Assembly: GCA_905178155.1 (NCBI GenBank)
Contig: CAJINV010000008.1
Location: 4,303,420-4,367,419 of the forward strand
DNA: 64,000 bases
Origin: Amoebophrya sp. A120
Lineage: Eukaryota; Protista; Dinoflagellata
Direction: 5' to 3'
Shown: in pieces, positions 53,262 to 64,000 of the stretch
Numbering within the stretch: the first letter of the stretch is position 1
Layout of the letters: each line of letters opens with the position of its first letter
Notes under the pieces: generated by a model
What the model was told of the DNA's origin: nothing
Database searches by the model: none
What the model saw: only the letters and a program-made list of their open reading frames with translations
Position numbers and translations under genes: made by a program

Positions 53262-53758
53262 CGTTGGTCATGTGATCAGAACCCTCGCGCAGCTGTGTCT
53301 GAAGCTTCTCAAGATGATCTGAAATGCCTGTTCCCAATGAAATGACAAGACCGGAATGACCTGAACTAGCTAGATCCTAAAGGAATCTCTTCACCATTTG
53401 ACCCGAATCCCCCAAATACTACGAAGGCAAAGCCATCGCGATCGGAATGAAATGAAGGGACTCCGCTCGTGTTAGACGTTCAGAATGACCACCCTGAGGG
53501 GGTTGACTCCCGTCAGGGTTGAGCACCTTCCCGACAGCATTGAGGGAGGTACTCCCATGCTTTTTAGCCACTTGACTCTGACCAGGATCAGGGTCATTCC
53601 ATGTGATGGATTTGAATGACATTGAACCCACAGGATGCAACGCAGCCAGAGGCTTTCGCCCTGTCTGCTGAGAGATTGAAGTGCTGGAATTGATTGAAAG
53701 ACCTGTTTAGGTAGAAGCTTTAGTCACTCAGTGTGGCAGGTGTATTCAAAGTCCAACA
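53262..53758 (+). repeat. 3' LTR
   Basis: Direct repeat of 47561-48057. Confidence 0.97.
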
Positions 53759-53763
53759 CAAAC

Positions 53764-56700
53764 AAACATCGGACGGCGATCCGGCAGAAAAAATAAAAAA
53801 CATCAGCGACGAGGTCATGAATGAAGACGAAGGCCTGTTCGAAGCCGAACACGACTCGACTGCAAGTGATGACAAGAACACTGGTGCTGAAGACGATGAC
53901 AAACAGAACGGCATGATGCTGCGCAGTCTTTTGGACTCAGTGCGATCCGCGTTGAAGACATGCAGCGACCCGGCTTCCGAACACAACGGTAGTGGACGCG
54001 TTAACGACGAAGCAGAACCTAAAAAAGAGATACCCGGATTAAGCATACCACTTACTCCCAGCTATGCAATGCGAACAATCTGCAGCATTCTCTTGAAAAA
54101 GTTTTCTACCGACGAGGACGCCAAACAAGCTGCGGCGTTCTTGCAGAATCCGCTGGAACATTTTTCTCCTCCAACTCTTCCACAGATAGACCTTGAATAT
54201 CCTGCCTCAGGCGGACTGTCCTCCATTCAGCCTCACCAAGGTGACAGCGGCGCAGGCCCCACCTCCCCAGAACACGCACTCCCTAATGGCGTAGACGAGA
54301 CGGAAAACTATCCCTTCCCTGCTACAAAGCTCGCCGACGGGGAGAACATGACCCCATCGCAGTCGCAGGCAAGGGAAAGGGATGACTTTACTCTGTCAGC
54401 TCTGCAGCTAGAGATGAACCCGGCCGCAACTATAGGCAATTTTGTTGGGGAGAAAATGTCTGGTGTTCTCGTGCCTGCAATCGCCAACGCCGTGGCGGGC
54501 GGCATCGCAAACGCAATTGCGCGCGAAGTGGTCACGATGTTGCAGGAAGTGCTTGTCCCTCTGCTCGAAGAGAGCCTGTCTACGGTCCTCGGTCTTGTGG
54601 CGGCTGAAGCAATTGGCACAACGCCGATCTCTCTCGGAACCCCGATCGCCATGTTTGCTGGCCTCGGCGTGAAGGTGTATGTGTCGCACGTGTTGGAGAA
54701 GAAACCCATTTGGCTACGCAAGCTCCAGTGGTCTGTGGCACCAGTGATGCAAAAGTTTGTGGAGTGCTCCGTCGCGATCAGCGTTAAGCAAGCGCTAGGT
54801 GACGGCAATAAGGCAAACGAAGATGAAGCAACCGATGAAGCGTGCAAACCGGACAAACGAAACGACGAAAGCGCGGAAGACAATGCCGTGCTCTTCGGAG
54901 AGCTATCTGCTGCGATTTCTTCATTGGGTCTGACGTCAAGCGATGAAGGCACGGCAGAGGTTGAGGAAGGGTTTGCGACCGTCCTCAAGGAATATCTCTC
55001 TTGGAGGAAACCATTTCCAGGACTGCTCCAGTTTACAAGAGTCGGAGAAGAAATGACCGCCAAACAGGACGCCGCCGAGGCATCCGACGGCGAAGAAAAG
55101 TTTCGTCTTCTTGCAGTCGAGAATGGTAAGGACAAACTGCAAGTGCTCGGGTTGCACGTTTTATGACCAAAGACTTCTTCGCTTTCCGATTCCGTGTGAA
55201 GAGAAGGTATGGGACACAGCAAAAGCCGCTTTTTCGGCACTTATGTGTAACTATGGATCTCTGTCTGTATCTATGCATAGGCACACTTAGAGTTGCCTAC
55301 GGTGACGCTAACGATGTCAGTGCCTTATGGTCGTGCAAGGCTGGCACTGCACTTGTGACCGCACAGCTTTGCACCTTTAGAACCAACGTGGCCTCACTCG
55401 CACATCACGCAGGGTCATGATCGTCATAGTCGGTGACGTACTTAGGAAAGTGAACGATTTGAACTCTGGCGACGTCGGCCGTAGTTCGGTAAGCCTCATG
55501 CTCGTTTCGCATGAAGCACAATAAGCGCGGCACTGACGCCTGTAAATGCATACAGCTGCAGCCATCAAAAGTGACTATCATAATTGACTATGATGACATA
55601 CCTAGGAGGACGACAAGAGCGTAGCCTTGTGTCATCTTTCTCATGCGAATGCTAAAAGCGCACAAGTGTAGAAGTGCGTCAAATAGTATTTCGCTTGGCA
55701 AGCGTAAAAGCGAAGCGCTCCATTGCCATAACGGAAGGGCAGCCAACTTCTAGAAAACGATGAGTTATTCAAACGATTCGGGAAGGGAAAACACCTCAAG
55801 ATCGCGGGCGACCCCGCAGCACTCGAGATGACCGTGGCCGAGAACTTGCGAGACATTCGGTCCGAGGACGGTAAAAATGATCTGATGCGCGACTACGATC
55901 TGGTTCCAGGTAAAGACGCAGGAACCGAGAAAAGCCAAAGCGATGATCGTGACTTGGGCACACTTGCACTGCATGAATGTCACGCGATTCGAGAACGCAT
56001 CATGGGTCCAGAAGAAAACGAGGTTAAAGCGACCGGAAAAGACCGCCTAGCCGAATTTATTTTAAGAGTAAAGGCTAAAGTCGCGAAGTTTTTGAATCCG
56101 AACTATGTGACGCCACTCGACGATCCACGTTTTATCATGAAAGAGTGCGGTGCTATTTTGCAATCCGAGGATCCGTCAGTGGAGAAGAGGATTCCGATGT
56201 TTGTCTCGGGCAAAAGCTACTTCATTGTGAAAAAAGTGCTGATGCTACGAACATTAGCCTAGCTACGGTCAACATTATCCGCTGGACGCGCACGGCTAAG
56301 AAGAACAGCAAGTATTGTGTCTCAGTGGCAAGTGGTCATCCCGCGGGTTAGTTTTCATCCGCGGAAGGCCATCCCATATAAAAGAAAAATGACCGTCTAC
56401 GATGATATATTCCTCCACCTTTCTTGCATGTCGTGTGTCTTTCTTCAATCGTCTGACTTCGTACTTGCAGCTGCAGCAACGTTCACCGATGAAGTGTGCC
56501 TGCATAGATGCGTTCTCAAAATGTATGCATCCTATCTTCAGATCTGTCCTGTGTGGCCAGTAGGCGAAAGTTGGCCGTATCTTTCCACTTCATGCAGACC
56601 AACGAAAAATTACTCGGAGTTGGACCTTGATGCTATTAAAACGCAAAAACCGGAAAGGGACTTCGAAGGGTACTACGACAAAGTGGAAAGGAAACTGAAA

Positions 56701-58051
56701 ACAAAACAAGAATGCCCCCAGGGATACGAATTTCTTCTGGCAACGAAGGCAAACGGCAAATGCAAGAATTTTTGCGATGCGCTCAGAAAAGTCAATATGA
56801 ACGACATCGAGTTTTGCGACTGGGAACGCAGAGGCGGAGTTAGGGGAGTTGCTAAACAAGCAACAAGAGCACGACCATGGCCAAGGGCACCATGGTCAAA
56901 GAAATCCTTTTCCTCCTCGTCTGCCATAGAAATGGCATCTAGTATTCAAACCTGTGCCTTCAAGACGGAGATCCTCGGCAAGCACGATCTGTATTGGGTG
57001 TGCAAGAAGAAATCTGCATCTGCGGATTCCAGTTCCAGTGCAGCTGTGGAAATGGAGAATGATATGCGTGTCGATATCACAACGTAAATTGGATGCCGTT
57101 GGAGTCAAGATAAAGGTCCACGATTGCGATTGTGCCAGTATGCATAACAGTTTCCAAGGTTGTTTTGCTACCGATGCGAAGAATAATTCGCCTTGACTCC
57201 AATCTTACTATTCATACATCAAGTCGATGACTTTCTCGATAGCAATATGCTGAACAAGTTACCGGATCACCTGGAGTCATTGAAAGCTAACGCCGATGCC
57301 GATCTGAAACACCTACTGAAAGGCGCGAACTGGGACCACGCTCATGGTCTTGTTTTGGCTACGATCCCTTTTCATTTATTTCAGCTAGATTGATGGTTTT
57401 GAATAGACTAGTCGTGACCTTTGCACCAAATGTTCCCTGTCTGCAAACACAGATGTGACCGCGGAACCTTCTCCAGCTGTCGGAACGCCGCCGGCAAGAA
57501 AGTCTGCTATTCCTAGTCTCTCGCACGCACAAGAAGACACGGCTCCTGGCACGCGACATGATCAAGCGAAAGCGAAAGCGCAGTTTCTTGCTGACGAGCA
57601 AGATGTGGCACCTACCGCTCCTTTGACGAAGTCTTCGACCGGCGAGACAACTGGAATCGACACCATGCCAGATCGCAGCTCTGTTGCCGCCCAGAGGCCT
57701 CCGACGCCAGTTACGGACGGTGTCGTCCGCGGCAACCCCGTCCAGGCACGAGTGCCAAGCGGAGCAATCCCGGTCCCCGCACCAGCCGTTGCCACGAGAG
57801 CCTCCGTCGTTCTCTCCGCGTCGACCATTGACGACGTTGCTGAGGCGCCAGCTGTGCACCAGCGCGTGAAAACGCCCCACACGGAGGACAAACGAATGGA
57901 CGAAGGTAATGCGGCGTCGGCCACCCGTCCCCCACCAGAGCCGTCCTATGGTTCCGGGAGCGCACCAAATGCGGACCAGCACACGAAAGACTCCGATGTC
58001 GCGGCACACCGTCAGGGCGCAGGGTCTGCTCCCCGGGAGCTTTACTCGTGA
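53764..58051 (+). CDS. Large hypothetical protein, part downstream of the copia insertion
   Basis: In-frame continuation LERGTLK|QTSDGDPAEK; ORFs to 55166, 55828-56262, about 56600-57087 and 57455-58051; linkage of the later exons is inferred. Confidence 0.6.
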
Positions 58052-59110
58052 GTCAGCTGCCCTGCTCGCATGGCGGTTTTTCCACGGCAGAAATACTAGT
58101 TCGGAACGCAAGTGCAAGGACATGACCAGTGTTGTTAAGTACGAATTTTTCTTTGAACGACATGAGAGTTGTGACACTTTGGATTTCAGTTTTTTGAGTC
58201 TCCCGTAAGTAGTTTGAGTAGAGGGCGGGAAAAGCACACGTTTTGTAATGGAGAATTGCTGCAGTGCTGCCGGCACTTGCACGTTATGATTTTGGATTGG
58301 CGCGGGAAGAGGTACATTTTCGTTTTCTACTGTACTAGCACTAGATTTTTTTGAATCTGCCCTAGATCCAAGATCTACAGCAAAATTAGGTGTCGAAATT
58401 GTCCATATTTGTAAAGGAAAAACGAAATTCCAAAAATGGCCTCGAATGTTGGTTTTTTGTAGAATGCGTTGTACAACATGATATGTTTCAAAAATAAACT
58501 GCATCGTGTATACTTCTAGAGTACGTCGGGAAATGCGCTCTTGGTTGCAGACACCCACAGGTAGTGCTTCGCGTGCAGGCTGACTCTTGCTGGTTGCTGT
58601 TTTCGTGTCGCTTAGCAGGCAGCTACTCAAAGGAACTCGTCCATGCAAAACCCCACCGTGAGTGCTAGTTTTCCTTTTCGTGTCTCTCGATCGAGATTTG
58701 GCGTGTAGTGATGAGAAATCTACTTCGCGTGTCGTTGTATATTGAGGAAAATAAATGACCAGCGGAGCAGCAGCATTTCTTGTTGCGAATTACCTTGTAT
58801 TTTCTCACTTTCCTTGCCTCATCGTAACCGCTTCTCTTTGCATCTCGATCAACGTTATTTGTCTCACAGAGATAGTCGTGTCGCGTTGACCTTCTCGCAC
58901 AGCCCATCGACGTACTTACCGATCACCAGCACCAACCCTCACGTCTCGCCGCACAAGGCACTCGTCTCCGATATTTGTTCGCAATTCATCACGGAGTTCA
59001 GCAAGTTTCAACAAAAAATGAGCATCAGCTTCTTTTCTGCTGGGAAGGCCGAAATTTTTCAAGTCCACTATGAGGAGGATGTGGAACTCTCCGACACAGA
59101 GATCTTGTAG

Positions 59111-62100
59111 TTGGATGCACCGGAAAACGAGCAGCAACAGGTGGTGACACAAAGAATGGTCTGCTACGAGAGTGCCACATTGCCATCAAACTCCTCCAGC
59201 GACATTATTCTCGCAGAGGGGGATGCAACTGCGGCTCCACCGCACAAAGTACAACATCTCGACTCTAGAGAGCGGCAATCCCTCCGCGATGAAGATGGAC
59301 AAAAAAATTTTCAACCGTTTGGCTACACTTCCACCAAGATCCAACGTAGAAAACCGCTCTTTGTGACGGCCCTCTGGTCAACATCACTCCCTATCTGGGA
59401 TGTGAAAACCAAGCTCACACTGATTCTTTTCGCGTTGGTGCTATTGACTTTCGCGGATGGAGGCGGTGTGCACTATGAGCGACAAGCAGGAGGACAAAGC
59501 CAGGAGCATGTTGCTGCGGACAGCGCGGGGATGCAGCGCGTGGCTTCAGACCACGAGCACTTGCGGGTCAAAAATTCGAAGAAATTTCGAAACGAAAGAA
59601 GGACCGATGTGGTGGTCGCTCCAGTGTATCCTCACTCGCCAGCTCCGCGGGGAAGGAGGACGCAACGTGTTCCTCCGGGCGAGCACGATGGGAGGAACAA
59701 CATCCTTGCACAAGATGATTCCGCTGCAGTGGTAGTTTCCTCAAAACCTACGAGCACAGCGAATCTGGTGGAGACCAGCCGTATATCCGGCTATTCGACA
59801 GAAGTGGTAAATAATGCTTTTGCGTCCCCCAACACATTAACTGCATATCAGGAACCTACCAACCTCGCCCGACTCCGCTCGATCGAAGCGGAGATTGAGT
59901 TTTCGTGGGCGAGTTACTGGGCCCGGGCCCGTGGGCACGACGAGGTGGGCCCGATTTCTGGCGCGGCGAAGGACTGGGACTACTCTCTGGCGTTTTTCGT
60001 CGACGGACTGGACACGCTGTTGCTCGCTGCAGGATCATCTTCGGAGAGGACGAGGACAGACGAAAATAATACCACTTCAGTTTCCCTACCCAGCCACGTG
60101 GACGCAGCCTTGCGGTACCTATGCCAGGGTGAGGGCAAGAAGTTTCTGCTCGGTGGAACTTCCCGCGGGCGAGACAGCGCAAAGGACGTCTCGTTCTTCG
60201 AGACGACGATCCGCAGGCTGGGGGGCTTACTCGGCGCATACCACGTTTGGGAAACGGGTTTTCAGCAGCGAGTACAGCCTGCTTTCGATGAAGAGAGGAA
60301 GAACAAGAACCTGGAACATGACTCGACCAGCTACCCCTCGTGTTTCCAGGAGCTGATTAGGGACACCGCGATAAGACTGCAAACTGCGTTTGCTGAGTTT
60401 CCCGACAAGGTGAGGCGTGACAGTGGAACAAAAGCGCCACCGCACAAGAAGTTTTTCTTCCCGCGCGGAGAAGTCACTTTGTTCGCAACCGAGGACGACA
60501 AGGCTGGTACTTTTGACCACGCCCCCGCTGACCAGGGCCGCTTCAACTCGGGTCGCACGCAGGTCGGCCTGGCGGAGGCCGGGTCCAACCTGCTGGAGTT
60601 CGAAGACGCGGCGGCGATTTTGCAGGCCCCGGAGCTTGCAGAGCGATCCAAGCGGGTGATGGCAGAGGTGAATGCTGAAGTGCGCAGATCGTACTTGTTA
60701 CCAGCTGCGCCCGATGGGGATGTCAGACACGGAGGGCGAGAGACACGAAGCCGAAGCTCACTACCCGGGCGGCTGATCGAGCCGATGCCTGAGAAAGATG
60801 CGGATGAGAACGATGGCCGCTTGTACTTGCGCAGCGAAAACAGGCACGTTCGAGCTAAAAGCATCGGGCCGCTTGGCGCGGCATCACACTCGGAGAAGCA
60901 GCTGCGTCTGCACTCGAGTGGCCAGGCGACCGTCTCCGCCGGCACGGACAGCTACTACGAGTACCTGCTCAAGGGGTGGCTGATGGCGAACCCAGGTGGC
61001 GGGACGGGTGCAGCGAGAGGAAACCAGGAAGACTACCTACAGCTTTGGGTCGACGCAATGCGGACCATGCGGAGTCAATTGATGCGGCCGATTCCACAGA
61101 CTTTCTATATCGCGATGAAAATTTTTGTGGCGAAGGCGGGGTCAACCTCGGAACTTTCTTGTTACCTGACTATGTAGAAGGACTAGACGCAAACCTTGGT
61201 GTTGTCGGACTTCCAGGAGCTGAATAGATGTAATTCTATGACTTTCCTGAAAACTGCTTTTGTTCACACCAGCAGACCGTCTCGCTTGCCGACTTATTTC
61301 TGAAAAAATTTTGCTCACGACGTGTAGTTCTCACAATCATGATTTTCACTGCGATTTTTCCCCCAGCACCGAAGGAGCATCATGATTCCGACCAGACTCC
61401 CGCCACTCTCTACTTTCTCGCGGACACTCCGGGCGCCAGCACCATGCAGCACTTGGGCTGCTACGTGCCGGGAATGATGATTTTGGCCTTGTACGGCACG
61501 GAAGGCGAAAGGGATGCAGTTGCCCTCCCAGGGCAAGCATCAGGAAAGAAACTGCCTTTCCTGGTACGGGCGGGATTTTTATCCGGCCAAGAGGAGTTCG
61601 ACGCTTTCTTGCAGACCGCCAAGCACCTCCTGCGGACCTGCTTGGCCTTTCACGACGCCGATGAACGGTTTTTGGCGCCCGAAGTGGTGCGGTTCGGCAA
61701 GCGGACCGGGAAGATGGGGATTATCGACGGCAAGAACCAGCTGCGCCCGGAGATTCTCGAGAGTTTGTTCTACTTCTACTACTTCGACGTGGATATTGTG
61801 CCCAGGAGCTCGGAGGAAAAACGACATGGAAAAGGCCAGCCTGCTGTACCGTTCCCGCACTTCGACGCATGGTCGGCGTTTCCAGGGGAAACTGCTGACG
61901 GCCGAGGTGGAGCCGCGATAAGTACTAGGGGAGCAGAGAAGATTTCTTCATCTGTCGTATCTCCATCACTGTCCCGATCCCGCGTCTACTACCGGAATTT
62001 TGCATGGAGGATTTTCTCTGTTTTCAAGAAGTTTGCGAAGACGAAATACGGGTATGCGAGCACCGACGTGGTGGAGGGAGACAAAGTAGAGGGTAGTAGC

Positions 62101-62394
62101 GTTTCGGCGGAAGAAGTGGGAGAAGGTGACGAAGATGGATCGAAAACCATTCCGCGCCACGAGGACAAGGAGGAGTCTTTTTGGCTCGCGGAAACGCTGA
62201 AGTACCTGTACATGATTTTCCAAGAGCCAGTGGTTTTTGGAGCTTCGTCTTCTCAAATTTCTGTCGCTGGAACCGGAAACACAAACAGCCAAACTTCCGC
62301 AACCTCCGGCATAATCGACCTAAACCAATTTGTGCTGAATACTGAAGGACACCCAGTGCGACGGCGCGTATCATCCGACAGCTGGCCTAGGTAA
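59111..62394 (+). CDS. Class I alpha-1,2-mannosidase (glycoside hydrolase family 47), type II membrane protein; one intron at about 61100-61365
   Basis: TM LTLILFALVLLTFA; SWASYWARARGHDEV; VDGLDTL; VSFFETTIRRLGGLLGAY; LAEAGSNLLEF; DSYYEYLLK; MQHLGCYVPG; LRPEILESLFY; ESFWLAETLKYLY; NTEGHP. Confidence 0.93.
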
Positions 62395-63942
62395 GAAAGT
62401 ATTTCCTTGTCGATGTCTGGTTTCAATTTTTCTTTGACTCTATTGTACAATCAAACAATCCGATCTTTTTCTGCAATATGGGTAAAACGTACTTCAACCG
62501 ATTTCCCTTGCCACCCACTGTACAGAATACCACATTGATGTTTCTCATGATGTATCAACTGTTTTCTCTCCAGGTCGTGTGTGGTTTAAGAAGATATGAA
62601 GTATCTCATTCCAAAGTTTCTCCATTCAATTTTCATGCGTTTCGATGTTTCTACTTTGTGATGGCTTCAACTATGCTGTTTGTGCTTTGCCTTGTCAGCG
62701 GTATGCATCACTCTTTTCCTTGACAGTACCACTCGAGATGTGTGTCTCATTTTGAATTGTACCTACGAGAACGAAGAAAGAAGCCATCCGCTTTTTTTCC
62801 GCGCGACGTCGCTCGCAGCCCGATTCTGGAACTCAGCAAGGTGTTGCGAAGGATCTTTCGTTGGTGGTTTTTCCTCGATTTCATAACTTTGCAATTTTGT
62901 CTTGTTGCATTTTGATCGGACAGTGTCGAGGAGGGACTCGGATCTTCGAAAAACGTGATAAAACGTCGAATTGAAATCGGCCAAAAAACGCGTCGACAGA
63001 GAGCGAGACCTCTATGGAGGAACCAAAACGCTGATCGACAAATAACTTTCTGATCTTGATTTTGTTTATTTCGCTTGATTTCGGGCTGCCAAGAGGGTCA
63101 AAATCGTTTGACTTCTTTCCGATTTGTTTTTAACATTTATTTTATGCCGTAAAAGATCAATATCGTGCGAATTCTTGAACCAAAACGAATTTGCATTCAT
63201 CAAAATAAATGGCGCACGCGTAAATTGTGCATCTGCAACATCCTGTTTTCGTAATTTTCGATATTGAAATTGTCTGTGCCCAGCCTTTTGCGCATTCAAG
63301 CACGTTCGAGATAGTACACAGGTGCGTGAAAGAGGTGGCTGAAGGATAAACTTGTGCCTATTCCAGATGGCTGCTAGTACTTGATTGTAAAATAAAGCGC
63401 TACAGAAATAAGTATGCATCAGCAGCGGCAGAGAAACTTCGGCCCGAGCCAGCACCAGCAGAACTGGAGCCAGCAACCGGGTGCAGACAGACGGGGCCAG
63501 ACTCCGCGAGTCGCGAACGGTGAGTACAACCAGCAGCACCGTCCCCGCGCCAGTCCTGGAGATCCAGTACCAGGAAGCGCGATGTCCCGCGTACCGCGCG
63601 GCAGCCCAACCGGCTCAGTCTACGGCGAAATGCCGCGTGGCAGTCCGACTGCCGGAACGCCCTACGGACAATCGGCCTACTCTCGTGGTGAAAACGGGGG
63701 CTACAGCACCAGCGTGCGCGGTGGACACGGGCAATATCAAGGCGGACAGAGGTATGCGGACCAGGGCAGAAACGCAAGTAACCAAAACGCTCCGCGCGGA
63801 AGTCCGACTGCCACAGACCACCATCGAAGTACTAAGATGCCTAGTCATGGATATTTCTGTTTTTCGAGCCCCTCGCCCCTGGAGATATGGGCTGTTCTTT
63901 GTTTTCGCTCCTCATTAGGGCAGGACGTTTCCTTCCGAGCTC

Positions 63943-64000
63943 TGGCCCTCAAGCTCGGGGTCCTAGATGGGCTGGCTGGAGTTTGTTTTTGTTCGCGCTT
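63943..64000 (+). repeat. Dispersed repeat similar to 10491-10550 (probable mobile-element remnant running off the window)
   Basis: GGCCCTCAAGCTCGGGGTCCTAGATGGGC...TTTTGTTCGCGCTT versus GGACCCTTAAGCTCTTGGCCCTAGATGGGC...TTTTGTTCGTGCTT. Confidence 0.55.

Larger units (their letters stand above)
47561..53758 (+). mobile_element. Ty1/copia LTR retrotransposon, full-length, decayed
   Basis: 497-bp LTRs; outer termini TGTTGG...CCAACA; 5-bp TSD CAAAC (47556-47560, 53759-53763); PPT GAGGAGGGG at 53253-53261; domain order gag-PR-IN-RT-RH. Confidence 0.97.

Noticed and set aside
47718-53640. Twin minus-strand ORFs 47718-47939 and 53419-53640
   Set aside because: Incidental ORFs within the two LTRs
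54308-58648. Long antisense ORFs (54308-55240, 57359-58648; also 50969-51841, 14400-15092)
   Set aside because: Shadow ORFs of GC-rich sense exons with no recognisable motifs

Overview
Eukaryotic genomic DNA with many introns, most resembling the parasitic dinoflagellate Amoebophrya (Syndiniales); this assignment is inferred from intron architecture and gene content. The dominant feature is about 30 short (roughly 95-460 bp) non-autonomous elements of several families. They have TAT...ATA termini, terminal inverted repeats and 5-bp flanking direct repeats, and they sit inside coding sequence as mostly non-canonical introns (introners). Removing element + 5 nt restores the reading frame at about 25 sites checked by hand. 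The best-fitting splice register (1 nt before TAT to 4 nt after ATA) shows some copies drifting to GT-AG and predicts 4-6 nt micro-exons. Recognisable genes: katanin p60 KATNAL2-like, PKA regulatory subunit, GH47 alpha-1,2-mannosidase, a truncated cytidine-deaminase-like gene, a 3' fragment of malate:quinone oxidoreductase, and a large EF-hand-repeat membrane protein with a probable paralog. A full-length but decayed Ty1/copia LTR retrotransposon (47561-53758, TSD CAAAC) interrupts a host exon. Two patchwork regions bracketed by 36-nt direct repeats carry pieces of other genes. All alignments were done by eye; no database searches were run.
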